A DNA stretch of 59,485 bases, counting the filler, from Platydemus manokwari (Eukaryota), in assembly GCA_037951405.1 (NCBI GenBank). It is 4 parts of 4 records of this genome, joined end to end, with 100 filler letters (N's around TTAATTAATTAA, not from the genome) between each part and the next. Parts side by side here need not be neighbours in the genome. Positions count along the whole stretch, not along the records: positions 38,875 to 59,485 come from JBBMOY011500304.1; 3 more parts are not named here. One strand, written 5' to 3'. Below are positions 52,620 to 59,485 of the stretch, one piece after another. Made by a program: the position numbers and the translations under genes. The notes below the pieces were generated by a model. The model searched no databases and was not told where the DNA came from. It worked only from the letters and a program-made list of their open reading frames with translations. How positions within the stretch are numbered: the stretch's first letter is position 1; every line of letters begins with the position of its first letter.

Positions 52620-54330
52620 CCAAGTGGTCAACATGATTAAGAATTATGTATACCAGAATGCATAGAAATAACTTAAATATTATCTAATGCCATTGAATAA
52701 ATTTATTGTTTTTATGTAATCGATGGAGCTTAGTTTATTTTAAAACCCTTAAAAGGTTTAAAATAATAATCATACCAATGAAAAATCTTCCAATATTTTA
52801 ATAATTACTGAGTCTATTTAATTTGACAATATTTCTGTTTAATGTACTCCACCTACATGATTTATTTCTAACTTGATCATTCTCAATCCATCGAGTGAAA
52901 TTTGCCGGGAGGAGAAAATATAAATTCTATTAAACACCGCGAATGAGTGGTATTTGATTTTGTTACGCAATCGTTTTAAATTGATTTTCTTGATAGAGTA
53001 AATAATTGCTTGCTCCATGCATGAATATTGAACGTGATTTGCAATACATAAAATGACTACTTTTGTAATGCAATCTTCAAACTGAAAATTTCATCCATGT
53101 TGTTTTAATCGACAAAAAAGCTAATGATATCAAATGAATGATGAGGAGATTTGCAATGCATAATTACACATGAATTTTTTAATATGGATTTTTTTTTTGC
53201 TCAATTTAATTTTTTTTTAATTTCAATTAAGCTATCTATTTTTATTTTTTTGTAAATTTATTTAATAGCTTTGAATGATGAGAGTATGCTGATTCAGCCA
53301 TTGACAATCCCGAGTGGTTATAGCTTAGTCGATAGATCGATTTTGTAATCTCTTGTTACTGGTTTTTACTAAACTTCACTACACCTTAAAATTTGAACGA
53401 GGTCGTTGATGGTTGTATTTATATTTTTGTTTTATTACAAAATAATGATACAATCGATCATTTTAAATAATTTTCATTATTTGATTAAAAAAAACTTGTA
53501 TTAAAAACAGATTATTTTTTGTTTTTATTAATCAGCTTCGTAAACAAAGAATTCCCTGAGAAAAAATCAATATTTTGAAAGTGAACTTATAGAAAAATAA
53601 GTTGGTATTAAGTGAAAAATAATCGATATATCAGAATAGAATTTTGTTTGAAAATTCACCCAATTCACCAAATTGCGAAAAAAGTTAAATAATTGTAATA
53701 ATTTATTATGCTAATCATTGAACTTAAGCCATCAACAAAAACAATAGATGAACAAATTGTTCGTACGCTAGAGTTTGTTCTTATTTTAATGACAACAAAA
53801 TGCAGAGGAAGACAATAATGGTTCTTTCTGTTGAATTACTTTTACTTGTTTCATCAATTGCATAATCCTTTTGTGAAATAGATAAACGCCGACTACATCA
53901 CAACATGAAGCTCTTTTCGGTACAAACGTTGGACTTACTAAATCAATTTTAATATTATTTTTCTGTTTAACAATTGTTGCAATTCATTTTACCAACGGTA
54001 ATTGCAATTTTCAGTCTCTGACCGATTTTGTTTTGTTGTGAAATAAATATTTTTATGATTTACTTTCGCTTGTTAGTAATTTGTATTGAGAATTATGATG
54101 GATATGCTGATATGAAATCAAAGTTCAATTAAATGAAATGTTCATGTCTAAGGCATTATAGATAGGCAATGGTGGTCACATGACTGTGGATTCGATGTTC
54201 TATCTGATATCAATTTAATCATCAGAAATTTCTTTGAAAAGATTCTTTACAAACCGCAATGAAATGTCTTGAACTAAGAATACCACAAGAAAGCTACTTG
54301 TCGCTACAAATTATTAGATATTTCATAAGG
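52620..54330 (-). mobile_element. Highly degenerate BEL/Pao LTR retrotransposon relic
   Basis: Colinear minus-strand remnants in BEL/Pao order: zinc-knuckle-like SCGILSSRHFIAVCK (about 54290-54245), RT-start-like HYCLPLHFVV...VR...DGLS/ND (about 53825-53715), integrase-like LFC...EDCITK / SRSIFMHGASNY / IEFIFSPP (about 53120-52890) and LSYFYAFWYT*FL (about 52680-52635). Many stops and large deletions. Confidence 0.5.
53313..53380 (+). pseudogene. Degenerate tRNA-like sequence (Tyr-like) or SINE head
   Basis: ATAGCTTAGTCGATAGA resembles a D-arm/A-box, followed by TTGTAAT at the anticodon-loop position. The B-box is destroyed (GGTTTTTACT). Confidence 0.3.
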
Positions 54331-57300
54331 TTATCAATTCATCGTTTGAAAATAAGTCAATGGAAATTGTGATAATTTGGTTTTTAAGATAATCATTAAT
54401 TTTTTTTTCGATTTAATGTTTATTTCTAAGCTTTATATGATAAAATAACAAATTACTTTCAAAGTATATAAGAAACAAAAATCCATTTTAGGAATGATAT
54501 CCAATTACTTTCAAAGTTCAGTTACAAAAACAAAAAATATTAATTTTCTCCTACTAGTTTTCAGCTAATATTTAATGGACCTGTTGATGATGAATGACAG
54601 AGTTTCAGAGACAAAAATGAAAAATAAAAACATGAAAAATAATCTTAAATAATAATACTTGTTACTGATGATGACATAAATAAACTGAAGGCCTACAAAA
54701 ACAATATCATTTTTGACAAATATATTTTGTATGATACACATAATAGATGTAAATATATATCGAAAAATAATAAGAATACCCAATCAAAGCCGTGGTCTTT
54801 GTCATTTCAAAAACTAAACCAGAACAAATTCCTAAGATATATTTAAGATATCTGCTGTATTGTTATTAAGAGTCAATAGGCAGCGCGTTAGTATTTGGTA
54901 ATACCACTGATGTAGTTAAAGTATATTACAAGTATTCGCTTTCAATTTCCTTTATGATTTAAAGCCATTTTGCAAAATAAATATTAATAGAAGAATTTCT
55001 AATATTTGAAACTAAATTAGTACAGGGTCCTTAGCATCATTTTGAGTAACTGTTGTTCGGGACTTAAACCTTTGTGTAGAGCCCATTGTTGTTATTAAAA
55101 TATAATTTTTCAACAGAGATCCGATTTATCAGAGTACACCTAATAGACAAATTGAGGTAGAGTTGAACTTCTAATTGGGTTCGCCGTAGTAGCAAAATTT
55201 ATATATAGTAGCAGAAAAATTTTTGAAGATCAATTCATGTAGATATATTACCACTTCTTTTTTAAAATCATAAAAATTTTGTTTAAGAAAACCAGCGTAC
55301 TGTGATTAAATTTAAATCCTTTAAACACTAGCAAATATATGTAAAAGCTAACTAATTTTAAATGACAAGTTTCGACTTAAAAAGTCTTTTAATTCCCCTA
55401 CAGAGTATCCAATTTTTTGGTAATAAGAATCATTATTCTGCCACTCGTAAAATCTTCGTCTATTATTTTAATGAGATAATAATCAACTTGTTTATTAGCT
55501 ATTAACGTAAACGACATTGTTAAGAAAACATCAATTTTGCTTTAAAGAGAAGAATGTGTTAAGCAATTATGGTAAAGATCAAATTAATCGTAATAGTTAT
55601 TGATTTCATTAAGTAGTAATTCTTATCGATAATTGGGTTGCTGGAGAAAATAATGCTTTAAATAATTAAAAACCAATAAAGCATTCAGAAAAAAATTTCT
55701 GCAAAAGAATTTATTTTAGTAAATCAGGATTAAAATAAAATCCAAGATTGATGCAAGAATAAGTCTAATAGAATGTCTCCAATCATGTCTTTGTAAAACA
55801 TGAAATAAATCTTTCACTGTGAAGTATAACGTGTGGGGAAGAGACTACAAAGCTAATCTATGAATAAATTGTGCACACAATCGATGCACAACACATATTA
55901 GAAATCAATTCAATTAAAATTCCAAGAACTTGATAATAAGTAGAAAAATACATTTATTATTAAAACTAAATTGTTGTCCTTAAAATTATAAACATATTCA
56001 TGAAATCGATATTATAAACAGAGATTATCATTTGCATGAGTTGTTATATTTTTATCATATCGTGAAATCCATCACAAATCTTGTGTTAAAATGAATTGAA
56101 AAGATATTCTTTCCGGGATAATTCAGTAATGAGAAACATCTGTTTTTACAACAAGAAATAAATTCTCGTTTTGTTTTCTGTGGTTCTTGTATTGCTGATG
56201 GAATCATTTGAAGACTTGAGATAATGACAATGCAATCCGAAAATAGGGCCGATATATTTCTCGACAATTTTCGCTTAATGGTTAAAAAAATGAGAAGATA
56301 TTTTTCTCAGTTACAGCTGATTTAATAATACAATGCTAATTTCTATTCAAATGGGAATTTGTGTGAGTTCGATTTTGTTTAGTCTTTTCCTAGAATCTAT
56401 TTTGATGTTAGTGGTGATAACAAAACAATTATAAGAAAATTTTACAACTAATTATATCAGAATTATCTTTAAAAGTTCCTGAATCTCAGTTTGTTGTGAT
56501 CTTTCTTTATTTTTTAAGTGAACGTATTGTGAGACTCTTGATTTGTGAAATAAACTTTTCGTGTTTAATGAAAAGATTTATTGCCCTACTTATCATTAGT
56601 GTAAGAAACACGTTTAGTAGTCTTGTGTATGTGCGATATGGATATAATTCTGCCAATCCCAATTATTTCGTAATAAAGATGTCATAATATTTTGTTTATC
56701 TTAACCCCTTTGGTTTGTTTTATAAAATATATCAGTTCAAGCAGAATAATAATACATACGGTTATTATAAGTGTGAGGATTTTAAAAGATTTTATAAATT
56801 AATATCAAAAGACATGAATTGGAGTTCGATTCGTTTTCAATGAGTGGTTTGTTACAGATTATACATGAACAAATTTCCTAGTTATTTGATAAATCCATTA
56901 TTAAGGTTTGGAAGAATTCATTTATTGAAACATTGACAATCGAGTAAGAAAAATAGTTGAACACACTGTTATTCTAATAACTTACAATCACTTACCAATT
57001 GAATGTCAGCATTTTTTGTATTTCTACACAACTTATTGTATGATGCAGAGGAGTAAACGGGAGTAATCTAGACCTTGTGTCCTCTAAGTAAATCTTTCAA
57101 TTCATTTCATCCAGTAATATTTCAAACTAGAAAGGCATGATTTAAAAATTAAAATAAAATTCACCACCAGATCCATAATATGAATATGCAAATGAAAGAA
57201 GGAAAGATAAGAAAGAAAACATGCATAAAAATCTCTAGGAAATACTGCATATAAAAAGTCAACTCTGAACATAATCATGTCGAGTCCCAAAATAGTAGTA

Positions 57301-57559
57301 ATAAGAATTGAAAAGGAACTATACAAAATACTTGATCCAACTTAGAAATTCTTAAAATATTAACCTTAGGAATGGAGCCGATATCGATTTTCCCAAAACT
57401 AAATTGAATTATCCAATGATGAACGAAGGAAACGACAATGAAAGGTGACTATTGTGTTTGTGCCTGATGGTCAGCGTTCAGTAAACCGATTTTAATTAGA
57501 TAGCCTTCGACCAAGAAAGTGGTTTTGAAATATAGATGTGCAAAGACTCTTATGCAGTA

Positions 57560-57949
57560 AGCATCGCCAAATTCCAGGCTGGTGCCAGTTAAAGCTTTTG
57601 TCGAGAAGATATTTTCTAGAAGAACTATCATTTTGAGAGTCCAACATACAAACACTTAAGATTCAAGGCATAAATCCCTACCCACTCACCGCATTGCATT
57701 TCGAATAATTTTCCTCCAGATTACAAGAACAGCTAATCTTAAGATCACAGGCACTTTCCTGTCAATAATACTGGTGTTTTTTTCCTGTATCTCTTTTAAT
57801 GAGTTCGTGAAGGAATTTTGTGTCCACATCAATCGTCGGATTTCGATATCAAAGTGATATTCTAGAGCCTCCAAAAGCTTTCCAAGATTACCTGGAAGTA
57901 AGTTAAGTTTATAATTCACTGTGTAGTGAGCTGCTGGACAGTTGTTCAT
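57560..57949 (-). mobile_element. Possible Gypsy-type gag relic
   Basis: LLEALEYHFD...F....IQEKNTSIID....LRLA...FVC/QND...RKYLL resembles the L..HF / Q...ES..DY...LR.LA / FVCGL.N..I..KLL gag pattern. Contains stops and frameshifts. Confidence 0.35.
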
Positions 57950-59485
57950 AATATAATAAGCTATCTCAACATATTATTATAAGAATTGAAAGAAATAATC
58001 GATAAAATAAATCAATAAATAAATCTCGGGAAAGATTTGTGAATAACTGGCCAATAATATGAAGAGCTTTACTGGGATATTCAACTTAATTTCGAAATTT
58101 TTTTATCAATTTGATTCACATTGCTTCGATACACTGAGAACAGTAAATTCGTTCGCAACATATACAAATAAATAACCAAATTTTCTAAACTCATATCACC
58201 AACGTAGTTGGGAGAAATTTCTATCACAAAGTCTACTCACGAAAGAGAGCTAATCAAACCGAATCTCAATTAATTTCGTGACAAGCCAAAGATATTTATC
58301 ACTCAAAAAAAAATGAATGTCTACGATTATCAGAAATGGCTGTCTATGTATTTATAGATTGATAATTCCTAGTCCAATAACTTTGGAATAATCTTTGATA
58401 AATTGTCAAAACAATGGTTTCAGTTTCGTAATTGGGTCGATTTTTATCGATTTCTATTTGGAATTGATTGGAAAAATTTGATTTTTTTTTACCCAGTATT
58501 AATTTCGATATTTTTATACACTGTATTTTATTAGAATCAAGCTTGAATTCGGTGGCAATGAATTATTACATGAAAAATTCTCGATATTATTTAATTTATT
58601 ATTTAAGTCACTACGGATATTTAAAATGGGAGGCTTTCACATAATAACCTCTGTAAAGACTTTCCGACATTTATGATCATATTTTATATCAAATTCAAAT
58701 TTAAATACACTACTTCATATTTGTTAGTAAAACAAAGCCCACCTACATGAAATTTTTTGCAACTTAAAAATTTTCCAACCAAATATATTTCTCATTGCCA
58801 AGAGAGATGGAAACGAACTGACAAATGATCGGCCAAACACATCTATTAATTTGGATTATTTTTTTATTCATTAATAATGGATTTTTGCTTTTAATAAAAA
58901 AATATATATATATTAATAATGAAAACAAAATAACCAATTCTTTATTTTCGCAAATATTTTTTCCAGTGAAATACATTTGATTATCTCCAATGAAACAAAA
59001 AAGAATAATTCCATGTTTTGTTGAGGAAATTATATGAAGTAATCGAAGATGAAAATCATTTCCATCATTTTTCGCAATTAATCGATATCTAGAAATCGTT
59101 GAATTGGTGTGACACTACTAAATAAGATGATTTTCGATGTGGTGTGTTTTGTTTTACTTTTCTTATAATAATAGATTCCGATACATTATCGATGTGTTGA
59201 GAAAAGCATGCATTGCAGCGTGCGATGGGAACGGCATTTGTAATGCAAATAATTAGTATTGGCATGCAAATTATTGTTAATGGGTTGGAATAGAATAAAT
59301 ATTTATCTGGTTTTGGTTAATCTAAGATGCCTGATTGTCTATGCGCAGTTTTAAATGAATTTAATATTATTATTTTATTTATTATTCTCTGTTTATTACA
59401 TGTATATGAATATATTAGGTCATCCGAAAAGTAATGTCCGTTTTGACAATTTCAAATTTTGATTGATATATTATCAATCAATAGG

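Overview
AT-rich, intron-containing animal (metazoan) genomic DNA, not prokaryotic. The mix of roughly 40-60 bp introns, kb-scale repeat-filled introns, collagen IV and a motile-cilia gene is compatible with a free-living flatworm, but that is only an inference. The window is four contigs joined by artificial 100-bp spacers (N44-TTAATTAATTAA-N44) at 15181, 28711 and 38775. I assembled five conserved genes by hand: GMPPB (minus, 5' exons missing), HAT1 (minus, complete), a collagen IV alpha chain (minus, about 28 exons, complete NC1), POR/NADPH-cytochrome P450 reductase (plus, complete) and CCDC39 (plus, 5' exons missing). A sixth gene is absent from the ORF track: a five-exon, about 221-aa uncharacterised gene at 20048-21007 that converges on collagen IV with apparently overlapping 3' ends. 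Introns and intergenic DNA carry many mobile-element relics. These include a complete internally deleted Tc1/mariner-type element with 48-bp TIRs and TA TSDs, a 603-bp TRIM-like miniature LTR element (two LTRs, PBS, PPT, 5-bp TSD), a BEL/Pao relic, a MITE present on two contigs, and pogo, piggyBac, LINE and tRNA-SINE fragments. I see no convincing novel multi-gene system; the best leads are the hidden gene, the miniature LTR element and the divergent collagen IV.
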